From NCBI GenBank assembly GCA_013239625.1, contig MU054338.1:6984724-7048723 (forward strand): DNA of 64,000 bases, given 5' to 3'. How positions within the stretch are numbered: the first letter of the stretch is position 1; each line of letters begins with the position of its first letter. This stretch comes from Lama guanicoe (Eukaryota). Positions 29,800 through 50,550 of the stretch are shown piece after piece. Made by a program: the position numbers and the translations under genes. Under the pieces are notes generated by a model. It searched no databases, had not been told where the DNA came from, and saw only the letters and a list, made by a program, of their open reading frames with translations.

Positions 29800-30520
29800 C
29801 CAAGCGTGGCTGACTCCGCTTGGAACCCCGCCCTCCGGGGACAGGAACCAGGCAAACCTCGCCCTCCGCGTCGGCGCGCGTCCGTCTCGCTTCTAACCCG
29901 GTCTTCTGCTCTCCGCTCGGTCCTCTGGGGCCGGTTCATACGGAGCTCCTGCTTTGGATCCAGGTCCAACCGCGTCCAACCGCAATCCCTAGAGTCTAGA
30001 AGAAGCGGCCGCGTCGTTGGGCCCTGTCCCTGTAGCATGTCATCCTGACCCTGCAGGGCCGGAGGCCCCGCCCCTTATGCTGATCCTGGGGCGGCCCCGG
30101 AAGTGGATGTGCTTCCGGTTTACATTTCACCAGCGCGTCTCGTTGTGGCGGAGACAGGTTTTCTCTTCTGTTGGTGTAGGGTTTCGGCGCTCAGCCGCTT
30201 CCTCTCCGGCCTCCCCGGAGAGGAGACTTTCGGAGTCGCGGCGCCTCCTTCCATCAGCACCCCGTGCTTGATGCTTCCCGCCTCGGCCCGTCCCCGAGCC
30301 TCTGCCCGCCCGCTCCGCCCGCTCGGGTCTCGGTGGTGGCTCTGGGTGCCCGGCGGAGGCGGGGCCTCTTTTCCTTCCGCTGTGCGCCTTTCTTCAAAAG
30401 CTGCCAAAGCAACCTTTGTCTTTTCCCTAGAAGGAGAAGCATTTACGTTCTGGAAAACGGCCCCAGCGCCCTCTTCTCCTCACCGACCTGGAGATTGCGG
30501 CGCGTTCTGGTGAGCACTGG
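29800..30520 (+). promoter_or_regulatory. CpG-island promoter and first exon of ZNF846
   Basis: CpG-rich; GC box ~30065; inverted ETS pair CCGGAAGTG (30097-30105) and CTTCCGG (30112-30118); candidate donor CTG|GTGAGC ~30510. Confidence 0.75.
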
Positions 30521-32907
30521 ACAGAAATGCGCTGGCTGTGGGCATCCTTACTGAAGCTTAATAAATTTTTCAGGTGTTAGCTTGTTGTGGATTGACCATT
30601 TGTTCATATTTTGCTTAGCTAGTTATCTCTGTCTCTACGTCTGTAGTTAAGTGTTTATGATAAACTCTTGAGAGTAAGGAGACTGAAATAAGTTGCAGGT
30701 ATGATATTTGACCTTTAATACTTGGTTAAATGCCTCATATGTAAGAACAAAGGAGTTATGTAATAACGGCTACAAATTAATGCCCAGAATAAAAACTCAG
30801 TAGGAAAATGATCAACAGGTTTGGATAGGCTCTTTATTAAAGAAAATATACACAGAGACGACAAATACATGAAAAGGTGCTTGATATCATTAGCATCCAG
30901 GGAAATGCAAATTAATATCACAATATGATAGTATTACACACACTGAATAGTGTAAAATAAAACTAAAAAGAGTGACAGTGTCGAGTGCTGGTTGAGATGC
31001 GCATACACGATTAATGGAAACAACATTTTTTAAGAGTGTCAAATAAATATGATCTGTTGATAACACAATAGTAATGCAGGCACCTGTCCACCAGTTCAAC
31101 TTAAGCGCTATTTATAGCATCATTTGAAATATCCCTAAATTGGAAATAACTCAAAGCTGATTAAGAGAAGAGTGGATGAATTGTTGAATATATTTTCTGT
31201 GGTGAACTCTTAAGCAAAGAGAAGGACCAAATCACAGGTAGGCAGATGCAACAGGTCAGATGAAACTCAAAAACATATTGTTGAATCAAGGAAGCCAGAC
31301 ATGAAAGAATGCATGCTGTTTGATGCTGTTTCTTTAAAATTCAAAAATAGGTAGAATGGCCTAGAGTGTTAAATGTCAGGATAGTGGTTTCAATTGGGAG
31401 GCATGGAGTTAGTGGTCTGGAAAAGAGACAAGGAATATGTCTGAGATGCTGAATATGGAAATATTCTGTCTCTTGTCCTGAATGGTGGTTACCTGCGGCT
31501 GATCATTTCTTAATAGTTCATTGAGATTTTTATTCATGATTGCCTCCCTTAGTTGTACGTATGCTGTAATTCAATAAAAGAAGTTCAGGAAGTGAAACTA
31601 AGTGTTCTACCACATAAAGTTGAATGAGAAATGCAGAAGTAGAACAAAATGTACTGAAAGAATGAGTAAAAATAAAATGGGTAATTAGTGGGAAAAAATA
31701 AAACTGATCATTAATATGAAATGGTGAAAAGATGAAAAATATATTTATATAATAGCCTTTGTAGTTAACTGTGAGATAATATGGAAAGACTTCAATTTCA
31801 ACGTAAAAGAAAACAGTGACACGATTCAGACCCTGTGGAGTGGCAAACATTAAAGATATATTTCGATCTCCCACAAGAGGGTACCTCCTGCAGGGGTGTG
31901 GGGAGAAAAAAAAGTATTTTGAGTTTTTCTAAAATCATGATACTCAAGTTTGGATGTCTTTGGGTCAAAATTGGAACACGAATTTTTTAAGTAAGTGAAA
32001 TATCAATGACCACAGTCCTTGGAAGTGGTTGTTTTCCTATTCTGTATTTTTCTTACCCATAACCAGTCTTATCTCTGTATCGGGAATGTATTTGTGTATG
32101 TGTAATACTCCTCACACTTTGATGGGATTGATTCTTTCTTCAACTGTATTGCTCATCACTAACGGGTACTCAATTACTTGTGTATTACTTGCTTTGCCCA
32201 ATTGAACTGTGAGATCCCCAAGAACTGTTCCCTCCTCGGTACATAGTACCTGGCCTGGCATAAGGAAGGCCCTAACTAAATATTTGCTGACTGAATGAAG
32301 GAGTAAGAGACAGAGGGAGACAACATTTCCAAGCCTAACCAAACTCCAGCAAGGGGTACTCAGGGAGACTTCTGATTTTATAAAATCTGTTGCATTTCTC
32401 CTCTCCATTATGCCTGGCAGAGGGTCTGGACTCAGTTCTGACCGTGTTAGGAGTAACAACCACCACAGGAGGTCAGGCTCTTGATACACCAACCTGTGTC
32501 CTCACCTTTCGTAACTGGTGATTTTGGGCCAATTACTAATCCTGTCTGAATCTCAGCTTTCTTGACTATTAAATATCCAATTTAAGGAGTTGTTAGGACA
32601 ACTAAAGGAGTTTATATATGTAGAACTACTAACAGGTGCAAAGTAAATGGCAATTATTATTAATATTTGTATGATAGGGTATTAAATTGTTTTTAATGGC
32701 TGTCACATGTTTCATCTACAGAGAGATGTTTGATGATTGAGGAAAAATGTCTGTTGTTGAATGATTAATGTTGCAAACCAGTTACCCAAACGTTCTAGTA
32801 GACAAAGAGAAATTGAGATCAACCTCTTAATTTATTCACAAGCTTCTCTGGAGTGATCTGAGCAAGAAATGGAATGTTCTGGAAACTTTCATGATCAGAT
32901 TCCCAGG

Positions 32908-40066
<7,159 letters not shown>

Positions 40067-40688
40067 ACTCATCTGGGTAAGGACTTTGTGAAAGTAAAAA
40101 TGTGAGAACGCTTTATACTCAGTTTTCTTCTTTACGTGCTGTGTGGGAACTTACCTGGGGCAGAATCTGAATTCATACACATAAGGTGTGTGGGAGAGCA
40201 GTGCTCGTTCCCACCTTTCAACATGTATAAGAACTCACGCTTCAGAGGAAAACCTGGTTATAAGGCATTTGGGCAAGCCTTTTTGTTGTTGTTGTGATGT
40301 TAATTTTACACATATGAAATTACTGTAAAAGCCATTGAAGGTAAAAATGAGATACAGCCTTAAATTATTTCACATGCTTTAAAAGCACATGATAACTCAC
40401 ACTGGGGATAAGTCATATATATGTAATGAATATGGTAAACCTTTACTTAGTGTTAAGGCCTTAATATCCACAAAAGATTTTGGCATAAAACCTTATGAAT
40501 GTGAAGGATATAGGAAGACCTTACACTTACTTTTCATATCTTATAAGAACTCAACATTAAAAAAACTCACAGGACAGAGATGCCTTCTACATTAAGAAAT
40601 AAATCTGAGAGGTCTTCAGAGATTCCTGAAAGCTTAGCGTATAAGAAGACTCATGAATGTAAGAAACGTTAAAAATCATTCTTGTGAT

Positions 40689-40805
40689 GGGGGCCGGGTA
40701 TAGCTCAAGTGGTAGTATGCATGAGGCCCTGGGTTCAATCCCCAGCATCTCCATTAAAAATAATTAAGTCAATATACCTAATTACCTCCACCACCCCCCC
40801 CGCAA
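40689..40805 (+). mobile_element. Camelid SINE (internally deleted)
   Basis: GGGTATAGCTCAAGTGGTAG..CCCTGGGTTCAATCCCCAG..CCTAATTACCTCC. Confidence 0.8.
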
Positions 40806-41166
40806 AAGACAAGCGAAAATAAACCGCTAGATATTGGGGAATGAAGTAAAGATTACATAAATTCTATATATGTTTGTCTATATAATGTGTATATGTATAA
40901 CATTTTAATGTAGGTGCATAATAAATGAATTATATATATTGTGTTTAAATTGTAAATTAAAACAGAGATCTATGATTTGACCAAATTGGATATTAAAACT
41001 AATTTATGTAAGTTAACGTAATTTTGATGTATGAAGAAACTGTAATAAACTTTATATACTAAAAAATGTATAGAACAAAAAGATCAAAAGTGCATTGGTT
41101 GACTTTTGCACCTCTACAAGATAATTTGTAAATTAATATTTGCTGAAGTGCACTGGGGTCTTAGCA

Positions 41167-41460
41167 TGTAGTTAACCTCCTCCTCCTGGGTGGGGACCTC
41201 AGTTCCCCACAGAAGAACTCAAAGATATATTGTAATTATATATCGAATGAGAAGGAACTAGGGCTCTGTTTTATTATTGCACTATTGTTTGACTGCTTGT
41301 CCTCCAATCATTAATTACTGAGACCTGTTCAAGGGCAAGCGTTATGGCCAGGCTTAAATCACAAAATGACTTAGGCCAAAATGGCTTCTCTTATGGAAAA
41401 AACAAAAAAGCTAGGTCTGGCTTTTTTCCTCCGAGGACCCCCCCAACCCTATCTGCCTAC
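41167..41460 (-). mobile_element. ERV LTR fragment
   Basis: Shares tcattaattactgaga..caagc..atcacaaaat..ggcttctc..ctgcctaca with 12690-12825. Confidence 0.55.
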
Positions 41461-41464
41461 AAAC

Positions 41465-44080
41465 TTAGTATGGAGGCCCCGGACTTTATGGTAACACTGG
41501 AAAGATAAAAAACGGAAATACATACTGTAAGAAGAAAAACATAAAGGTTACAGAAAAATGTCACTACTTTGAATACACAGGGGAATCAATGATTAGCATT
41601 TACCACGGTGTCCAATGTAAATAAAAAGAAATAAGGGGAAATAAAGGTTAAATACAGGATTGATCAAATGGAGGAGACAGACCATCTTAGGTTTTTGTCA
41701 GGCTTATCAATCTGAGAGAATCATTCTAAGGGCTCTAGGAAGTTGAGGACTGGCAGGTAGAAATGCTTTTGATGAGTAAGGTGGGGTGGGGTGGGGGTTG
41801 TGAATACCCAATCCCCGAGCCTTAAGCCGAGCCTTGGGACTAGACCAACCCCACTTCCGGGCCTCGGCCCCGCCCCCCACTCATAGCCCCGCCCACAGGC
41901 ATATTTCCAGCCGCAGCTTCCTGTGCTGGGCCTGTTCCTACCTGCAGTCAGCGCTCTGAGCAGACCCCAGGGCCCCAGCACCTGCGGCAGCAACTGCACT
42001 CTCCCTGCCCGCTGTGGTTGAACTTGGTTGGCAGCCAGAGCCCCGGAGCCCCGCCCCCAACGGCGGGGCAGGAAGCGGAAGTGGCGTCACTGGTCTGCAG
42101 CGGGTGTTCCTGCCCCGTCCTGCTCCTGGAGCGGATCACTTTGGGCCTCCTGCGGTTCAGCGTGTTCTTGGTGAGTCACGGGAGGGCTCTGGGATGGAAC
42201 CGGGCGCCTTAAAGGACAGGTTGGGCCTGGTCCGCCAAGGGACCTTAGAGGGGCCTGGCCCCTCCGCTCTACTCCGCCGGGACGTGAGCCACCCCCCTTC
42301 CCCCGCGTTCAGCCGGGTTGGACTCGTGGTAAGGGCTCTTCTGTGGGGTGTTGTCCTTCACTGTTGTTGATGTAAATAACCAATAAACAATAATAAGAAT
42401 AGGGAAGAGTTTTTTGAACCAAACTGTGATCTAGCCTGGAAGCCCGTTTCCCAAATTACTCTGCGGCGCTGCTCCAGGGAAGCATGGCTTCTAGCACAGT
42501 TTTATCATCTTGTCAGAACAAAGAAACATTAAAAAGTCAGGGATACAATTCTTCAGGGTTTCAGAACAAAGAACAAAGCAGCACCTACACGGGTGAGTCA
42601 GTACGGCCTTGGCACCTGGGAAGGAAGTCTTACCAAGGGAGTAGCAGCATCTGTGTCCCGGGAAGAGGGGCGTTTAATCTTTGTTTTTAACATGGGAATT
42701 CTTTATTTCTGGTCATTGTGCACTTTCCTTTAATAATTAAAGCAGGTGTACAATATATGTTTAATAGATCACAAAAGGCTATTTTAAAATATGCTTAAAA
42801 TTCAAGTTAACTCATGTATAAGCTAGAATGGCTTCCCTCCATTTCTCACTGTGCTTCCTTATTCAAAGCCTCCAGTGTGTTTTTTGTGACTTTTCTCCAC
42901 GAGGAAAAGAATTTCCAATGTTCAAGTCCTCCAGGTATTGCGAGCCTGGAGATCTTGCCATGTTCCTCTGAGTATTAGGGAAAGTTGCTTTAAAGGTCCT
43001 CTTTTCGTATGAAAAAAAAAGGTTTCATCTGAGAATTTGGTTTTGTCTTTGTGCCTTTTTGTTTTTGAGTATTACATAGAGGTAGAAAGATAAGATACTT
43101 TCTCAGGTGTCAAGGGTATCCATATTTCTATATATAAGTATAAACGTAACGTAGATCAGAGATCTTTCTTCTGAAAAAAACGCCAAGAGTACTTCGCTAT
43201 CTCATCATCTGAACTTTCCAGAGTCAAAACGGGCCTCCAGGAGATGTAGTGGAGGCTTTATGACACTAGTTCTAGAATGAGGTACCATAAACAGGGTGTT
43301 TGGACTAGGTGTATTTTCCCCCACTTTTTTTTTTTTTGGTAAAATCTTAAACCTCAAGAAAATGTGACTATCCAGTATGAGTGTTCGTTGTAGTAGATTC
43401 ACTTATTATTGGAATTTTACATGTTTGTTCTCCCTGTAGACTTAAAAATACATTTTATGGTGAGCTTTTTTGTGAGTAAGTTGAAAATAAATTGCATATA
43501 TGATACTTTACTTTTAAGTACTTCGTAACGATTCTCCTAAAGATAAGGGTGTTATCCTACCAAAATCACAATACCATTATTTGACGTATGAAAAGTAAAA
43601 ATCATAATGTTTTCTTGTATCTGCTCTAAAGCGCTAACTTCTCCACATTGTCCCAAAACATGTTTTTGGTTGGTTTCAAACAGTCAGGTCTATATATGGC
43701 AATTGCTTATGCCTTTTGCCCTTTTTTTAAACCTAGATCACTTGCTATTGTTTGTCTATTATATTCATTATACTGACTCTTTGAAGAGTCCCAGGCGTTC
43801 TTTTAGAAAGTCACACAGTTTGATATTTCTTCTTTTATTTTCAGAGCACATTTAAGTTTTCTTTCCTGTCTTATATTTCCTGTCAGTTGGTAATTGGGTT
43901 CAGAGCAGAGGTTGGGAAACGTTTTATCTGAAAGGGTCCAGATAGTAATTACTTGATGCTTTGTAGGTTATAAAAGTGTGCAATTAGTCAGCTTTGCCCT
44001 TGTAGTGGGAGAATAGCCAGAGACATGAGGAAACAAATGGGCATATCTATGATCCAGGGAAACTTTGTTTACAAAAACAC
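41465..44080 (+). repeat. Segmental duplicate copy A of a ZNF promoter block
   Basis: Collinear similarity with 56640-59700, including a shared MER58 at 43905 and 59540. Confidence 0.8.
41800..42330 (+). promoter_or_regulatory. CpG promoter and exon 1 of the third (pseudo)ZNF gene
   Basis: GC boxes; CGGAAGTGGCGTCAC ETS/CRE-like composite ~42076-42090; donor TTG|GTGAGT after 42170. Confidence 0.7.
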
Positions 44081-45785
44081 GCCTCATCATATTAAGTGGA
44101 ATAAGTCAGATAGAGAAAGGCAAACATCATACGATACCACTTATGTGTGGAGTCTAAAAAAAAAAGAATTATGCAAACCAGAAATAGGCTCACAGACATA
44201 AGAAAAAGTTTATCAAAAGGGGAAGGGTTGGGTGAGGGATAAATTAGGAGTTTGGGATTAACATATACACACTACTATATATAAAATAGATCAACAACAA
44301 GGACCTACTGTAGAGCACAGGGAACTGTATTCAATATCTTGTAATAGCCTGTAATGGAAATGAATCTGAAGAAGACTGTTCCAAGTAAGATAATCACAGA
44401 GTTGTCAAGCCGGAAGGCTAGTCTCAGAAACCAAAGGGCTTTCTACTTCTCTGATAAGGGAGGTTTAGAGTGTCTTGAGCTTCATCTGGGTCCATGTAGA
44501 AGTCTCCATTTCAAGTTTCCTATTTAACTTTTCCTGATCAGTACCCTAATTTTCACATGAAGAGTGTGAGACTGACTTCTAAACTATGGTTGAAAATTTG
44601 AATATTGCATTTGATTTTTAGCAATATCTTCCCCCTGTGACCACAAGAAATGAGTTTTTAAACTGTCATAGGATCTCTCTGGTTCATGACTTTGACTTGG
44701 GCTGCAAGAAAGCAGATCTGAGCTTGTTCTTTTCTGGGCAACTACACTCAAAAGAATCACAAACATAATCATAATGATTGCTGTACCATTAAAGTAGCAT
44801 TCAGTGATCTCCCAAGTGAAGAGCTGTATCATAATAGACCATAGAGGTATCTTGACTATTATGATTCTGTGAATGTCATTTGTATTAGCAAGGCACTCAG
44901 CTTTTTGTTCAAGTCCAAAGGCTTGTCCAAACATATTCTCAATTTACTACATTGTATCCAGGGTTCACTGTCCTTCTCAGGTCTCTCTGAGTCAGAATGA
45001 AATCAGGAGACAGAAATCACACTTTGATTTAAACAGGAGAAGTGTAATATAAAGATGTAAAGAGAAATTCTAATACTTTTTTAAAACTTACTGTATCATT
45101 AATTTAGGGAAAAGGTTTACATATCAGGGTGAAGTAGCAGAAATTGATATAGATCCCCATTATTTCAGTCTCATAGTAGCTAAGAGACCAAATGTCTAGG
45201 ACTGCTTCAGGGAGATGGTGCTGGCCCTGCATTACCTCACACAGAGTGACTTGCAAACACCTCCAGCATTTCAATTGCCTTTAAAAAGTCTAGCACAAAA
45301 CCATGACCTAGACTGCCATCTCCAAATTCTAGAGTTTATGAAGAGTATTTAAGGAAGGCTAAGCATGTAGGGGGCCTTCTCCCCAAGAGTGGACTTCAGA
45401 CCTTGTTGGAGAAGGTGCCATGGCAGCCCTCTGGATGTCAGGAAGCTTGCTAGGTGGCCAGGAGGAAGCACCCCTCTGGGATGCAGAAGAGCCATGACTG
45501 GTGGGCAGATGTTGAGAGGGAATTGGGGTGCCACTACCAGCGCAAGACCCAGAGCACTTAGTGTCCATACAGGGAGGCCGTGGGAGACAAGCGTGCAGGT
45601 AAGCTGGGGCTGGTGTGAGGGCTCGGAAAAAGACTGTTCCTCCCACCCTTCCATTCTTAGAGTAATTAAATACATTTCTGAAAGCTGAGATGTATATTAT
45701 GTTATGAACAGGTATTTAGCTATAATTTCAGTGTGCTTGAGGAGTGATGTGAAGGATCTCCATTGTCTGCTGATCGCCAATCTTT

Positions 45786-45890
45786 TGGGGGAAGTAATTA
45801 GGTTTATTTTTAGAGTAGGTACTGGGGATTGAACCCAGGACCTTCTGCATGCTAGGCATGTGCTCTACCACTTGAACTATAGCCTCTCCC
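45786..45890 (-). mobile_element. Camelid SINE
   Basis: Reverse SINE body. Confidence 0.8.
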
Positions 45891-46342
45891 TCATACTACT
45901 CTTTGTACTGGAGACATTGGCATCCAGAACAGACATGGTGGTACCCATGATGTGCAAAAACCCCGTGTTTCCAAAAAGAAGCTGATCCTAATGTCAGCAT
46001 TGCCAAGAAGCATTACTTGGACACAGAGGTCATTATGATGAGAGATTCTCTTGCTCCAAAAATACAAAAAAATTAGATGTGTATCTACTCAATATTGTTG
46101 CAAATATACAAAGCATTGCTTGACAGAAGTGGAAGAAGAAATAGGCACATCCAAAATCCTGGTGAGAGATTTTAATACATTTTCCTCATATTGTTTCACT
46201 AAACATTAGAGGAAGCTCTAATCTAGATTTCCAGAGTGTGCAGGGATATTTGGGAATCTCGAGCTAGAATGGAATGACTTCCGGGCAGTGGATGTGGGAA
46301 TTGTCCTCCCTAGGTGCTCCTGTCTCCTTCCTTTTCTCCTAG

Positions 46343-47145
46343 GTGTTCTTTCAAAGGACCCTTTCTGCCTTCCTGAGGAAAAGAGAGAGGCAGACAGATG
46401 GTGGCTGATTGTGTGAGAAACTGTCCTCAGGTAAGAAGAAAGTTATCCTTCTACAAAATGATTTACTGTGTCCACCAGATGGACACATTTCCTTTTAGGC
46501 AGGCCTGTCTTGAGAACTTCTTAAATAAAGCCATTGGAGAACCGAGTCCCTGATGAGTTCCCTCCAACAGTGGAGGCTCTTATACTGGTGACAGATTAGC
46601 CTGAATAATCTTAGTATGTCAATAATTACCTCCTAATATTGCTTCTCATGATGGTGACTGCATAGTTTTAATTTTGCTTGGTGTTCTTACATAGTAAGAA
46701 AGATGATTGTGCATTTCTCGAAAAATGTATTCATTCATCAGCATTTACACGTGTCTCCAACTGGGTTAGGACTGTGCTGCAAAAGGGAAATAAAGTTCTT
46801 TTAGGCTCATTGTATTGAGGTAAGTTCATGTGTTACATGCTCCATTAAAGCCATAGTTGGCGGATACCAATCACAAGTGAGTGTGGAGAAAGAGAAGGGA
46901 ACCCAGGACCAGTGCATCCCAGGGGAGATGATGAGAGACCCTGAATCCCTCTCTTGCCACTGGGTCTCCCGTCTTCATTCGCCAGTGAACATTGGTGGAG
47001 TTTTTAATTTACTGAAGCTAGTGTGTGTGTGATGGCTTAGGATTCAGTGACCTTTGCTGATGTGGCCATGGACTTCACCCAAGAGGAGTGGACTCTACTG
47101 GACCCCTTTTAGAGAAACCTGTACAGAGATGTGATGCTGGAGAAC
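46343..47145 (+). pseudogene. Truncated ZNF426/ZNF561-family KRAB-ZNF pseudogene
   Basis: Exon 46343-46430 (..MVADCVRNCPQ|GTAAGA). KRAB-A from 47041 reads [34 protein letters not shown], with TAG at 47110-47112 and abrupt loss of homology after 47145. No donor, KRAB-B or finger exon was seen downstream. Confidence 0.85.
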
Positions 47146-48575
47146 ACACCCATCTTAGCTTTGGTTCACCAGAGGCAGATGCCGAGCCAAGGATTCACAT
47201 ACAAGCAAAGGAGCAAAGGGAACCCACGGAACATGGGTTAGAGAGAGAGAAGCGATACAGGGAGGACAGTACATCCATCACGCTAACCTTAAGTCAGCTC
47301 CCCCAGCGAGTGAGCAGGGTTCTCATCCTCTAGGGAAATTCTGGAAGATGGCACAAAATCCAAACTTCGGGGTTATCCTAGCTAAGGGATGAAGAACGTG
47401 TTATACCCCCACCTCTCCATCAAGAATTGTCCCTGGTGGAGCACAATGCTTTGTCACTTGTGCCATCATGCACTGGGAAAAGTAGGTTCCATGTGGTGCC
47501 GACAGTGGCGGTCAGGCTGGTACGCGATGGAGAGAGTGAAAGGATCCCAGGGAGTGCAGGAGAAATGGTGACCACTTCTGCTGCTCCGTCCTTCCCTGCA
47601 GTCTCAGTTCTATCAATATTCTCATCAAAACGTGCGCTAAGTTCTGAACACATCCCACAAGTGTGTAACTGCCATTCCGACTGGCACCTCCATAGGGTGC
47701 TCTCCCCACAAATTAAACCATGGGAGAAAAGTTTTTTTTCTATTGTATTCACTATTACATGTTTTGGGATCTTAGAATGTATCTTAAAACTGCAATGATG
47801 GGAAATGAAGGTCCAGTGAAAGAAGGTAGTGAAGGAAGAAAGGAAAGAAGGAAGGAAGGCAAAGAATGAAGCAGTATCTCAGAGTTATCCTATGCAATGT
47901 ATTACTGCGAATTACCTGAATGAAGCAGCTTTCAAATCTAAGACTCCTACTCTTGCAGTTGAAAATCAGGTCACTGTTTTCAGGAAAAGTTTCATAGCAA
48001 AGTTAGGAATGTGGGCTCAGTGTCAGGTTTCCAGGTTAGAATCCATCCCAATCTCAATCTCTTTGAAAAATGGGGTACCTGAGAGAAACTGTCTTTAAGA
48101 AATGTTGTCAAGATAACATAAAACATACACATAAACCCAGAAGAACGGCTTTGATACTTGAAGCACTTGTCTTATGATTATTGTGCGATTTTCACTCCAT
48201 TTCTTCCAGGGAAAAGCAAACACACAACAAAATTATGGTGAAGAATATCAACATTGGAAAGGATAGTTTGGAGGAAACCATGCCACATGTGCTGTAAGTT
48301 CTCCAAATCTAATGTGGGAAATCGCCGGATTGGCTATAAGAAAACTGGCCCAAGACAGAAATGTATGGGCTGCGAATAGGAATGAAAAGTTACAAAGGGC
48401 TCACTGAGGAGGTTGCTTGAGGAGAAACTAATGCAAAAACAAATAAAAGTCACAAGTACGTTGAGTATAGAAGAAATGCAGCATGTCTTAGTGGAGAAGA
48501 AGCAGGATATTCAAGTTCACAGCCGTTGTCTTTGCAGCCTCACAATGTCCACTTAGTTCTGAGGCCCGGGGCCCA

Positions 48576-49511
48576 TCACAGACAAGGGGCTCCTCGACCG
48601 AGCAGCCTCCCCAGGGCCCCCTTCACGTCCTTGTTCCTCAGGCTGTAGATGAAGGGGTTCAGCATGGGGGTGACCACAGTGTACATCACGGAGGCAGCTG
48701 AACTCTGGGGAGAATGGGTCACATGAGAACTGAGATAGACCCCCAGGCTTGTCCCATAGTACAAGGAGACCGCAGAGAGGTGAGACCCACAGGTGGAAAA
48801 TGCTTTATATTTCCCCCCTGCCGAGGACATTCTCATCAAAGACAAGGCAATTCGAGAATAAGAGAAGAGGATCCCAGTGAGGGGAAACACACCCAGCAGG
48901 GCAGTTGCCACAAACAAGAAGATCTTATTGACTAGGGTGTCAGAGCAGGCCACCATGATCATCTGAGCCAGTTCGCAGAAGAAATGTGGAATTTTAGTGC
49001 CAATACAGAAGGTCAGCCGCCTCAACAGTAGAATGTGAACCAGGGCCACCAAGAAAATGATGAACCAAGACATTAGAACCAGGAGACCACAGAGGCGTGG
49101 GCTCATGATGACCATGTAGTGCAGGGGGTGGCAGATGGCCACAAAGCGGTCATAGGCCATCACAGTCAGGAGGAAACCATCCATTACAGCAAAAATCATA
49201 AAGAAATACACCTGAGTGAGGCATCCTGTGTAAGAGATGTCTTTGCTCTGGGCTTGGAGGTTCACTAGCCCCTTCGGGATGGTGGTGGAGACGAAACAGA
49301 TGTCAACAAAGGACAGGTTGGAGAGGAAGAAGTACATGGGGGTGTGGAGGTGGGGGTCAGAGCTAGCGGCCAGGATGATGAGCAGGTTCCCGAGCACGGT
49401 GACTAGGTACATGGTCAGGAACAGACCAAAGAGGAGGGGCTGCAGGTCAGGATGCTCTGAGAGGCCCAGGAGGAGAAATTGTGATTCTTCTGTGTGGTTT
49501 CCTGCTTCCAT
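48576..49511 (-). CDS. OR7D4: Olfactory receptor family 7, OR7D4-like (311 aa, intact)
   Basis: [58 protein letters not shown], closely matching recalled human OR7D4. Start taken as ATG 49511 behind a CAGCAG splice acceptor at ~49525-49530, not the track's 49574. Confidence 0.88.
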   Translation of the reverse strand: MEAGNHTEESQFLLLGLSEHPDLQPLLFGLFLTMYLVTVLGNLLIILAASSDPHLHTPMYFFLSNLSFVDICFVSTTIPKGLVNLQAQSKDISYTGCLTQVYFFMIFAVMDGFLLTVMAYDRFVAICHPLHYMVIMSPRLCGLLVLMSWFIIFLVALVHILLLRRLTFCIGTKIPHFFCELAQMIMVACSDTLVNKIFLFVATALLGVFPLTGILFSYSRIALSLMRMSSAGGKYKAFSTCGSHLSAVSLYYGTSLGVYLSSHVTHSPQSSAASVMYTVVTPMLNPFIYSLRNKDVKGALGRLLGRGAPCL

Positions 49512-49746
49512 GTAGCTGGTGTGTCTGCTGGGGCAGGAGGCAAAAGCATTATTCAGTGAACAGCCAACTAGCATCTCAGCTAGTCATCACCTTTATGATT
49601 CCACCTTTAGGCTGATGTCCTTCCAATGCCAAGGATTCACTCAGTCAGATTGTAGACCATTTTCATTTTAAATCTAATTAGCCACTAAATAGCCACTTTT
49701 AAATTTAGAAGAAAAAAAAATAAATCTACTCACTGGTTCTAATTCT

Positions 49747-49989
49747 TTTTTTATCTTTTTAAAAAATCTTCTTAAAAATTATTTTTCTTCTGGGCCACCA
49801 GTAAGGGGTCACCAATAAGGTCCCAATTCTCACAGCCACTTCAGCCTTCTTTTTTTTCCAGGGGAGGGAGAGGGAGGTAATTAGGTTTACTTATTTATCT
49901 ATTTTTTTAATGGAGGCACTGGGGATTGAACCCAGGACCTCATGCACGTTAGGCATGCACTCTACCACTGAGCTATACCCTCCCCTCTT
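49747..49989 (-). mobile_element. Camelid SINE with an extra 3' unique segment, 17-bp TSD
   Basis: TCACTGGTTCTAATTCT at 49730-49746 and 49990-50006. Confidence 0.85.
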
Positions 49990-50424
49990 TCACTGGTTCT
50001 AATTCTGTTTGAAGCTATGGACATAAACCAGTTTCGTCTATAATATGACCTTTGCAAAATGGTTGAAGATATTTAGAAACTTTTCTTTATGACCTCCATT
50101 CTTTCTTCATGCCAATAGCCCATTAATTGTTATGAAGATATGGATTCTCAACTCAGAGAAACTTAATTCTATGACCTGATGCTTCCTATTGTGATAGTTA
50201 ACTCTCAGATGCCTTAAGTACTTTATTATCATCTTTTAATTTCTAAAAATGTGGTTACTGCTATTACCTTCTTCATGAGGGTTAAAAATGCCTTTGTGTA
50301 CAATAGGATCTGAATTAATGATAGCTATTATTATTACTAAGTTCATCACATGCCTGAATATAGACGAAAAATAGAATAGTAAAATGAAATAAAATGCATT
50401 CATATATATTTAAAAAGAATAATA

Positions 50425-50550
50425 AGGGAGAGGGTATAGCTCAGTGGTAGAGTGTGTGCCTAATATGCACGAGGTCCTGGGTTCAATCTCCAGTATCTCC
50501 ATTAAAAAATAATAATAATAAAAAAAATTAACCCAATCACCTCCCCCCCA
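50425..50550 (+). mobile_element. Camelid SINE
   Basis: GGGTATAGCTCAGTGGTAGAG..GGTCCTGGGTTCAATC; AAAAGAATAATAA flanks. Confidence 0.85.

Noticed and set aside
44672..44870. Possible 5'UTR exon of the third ZNF gene
   Set aside because: A plausible acceptor at 44671, but no confident donor and only vague recall of family UTRs.
49512..49574. 21-aa N-terminal extension of the OR in the ORF track
   Set aside because: It crosses a polypyrimidine tract and CAGCAG acceptor; the homologous start is MEAGNH at 49511.
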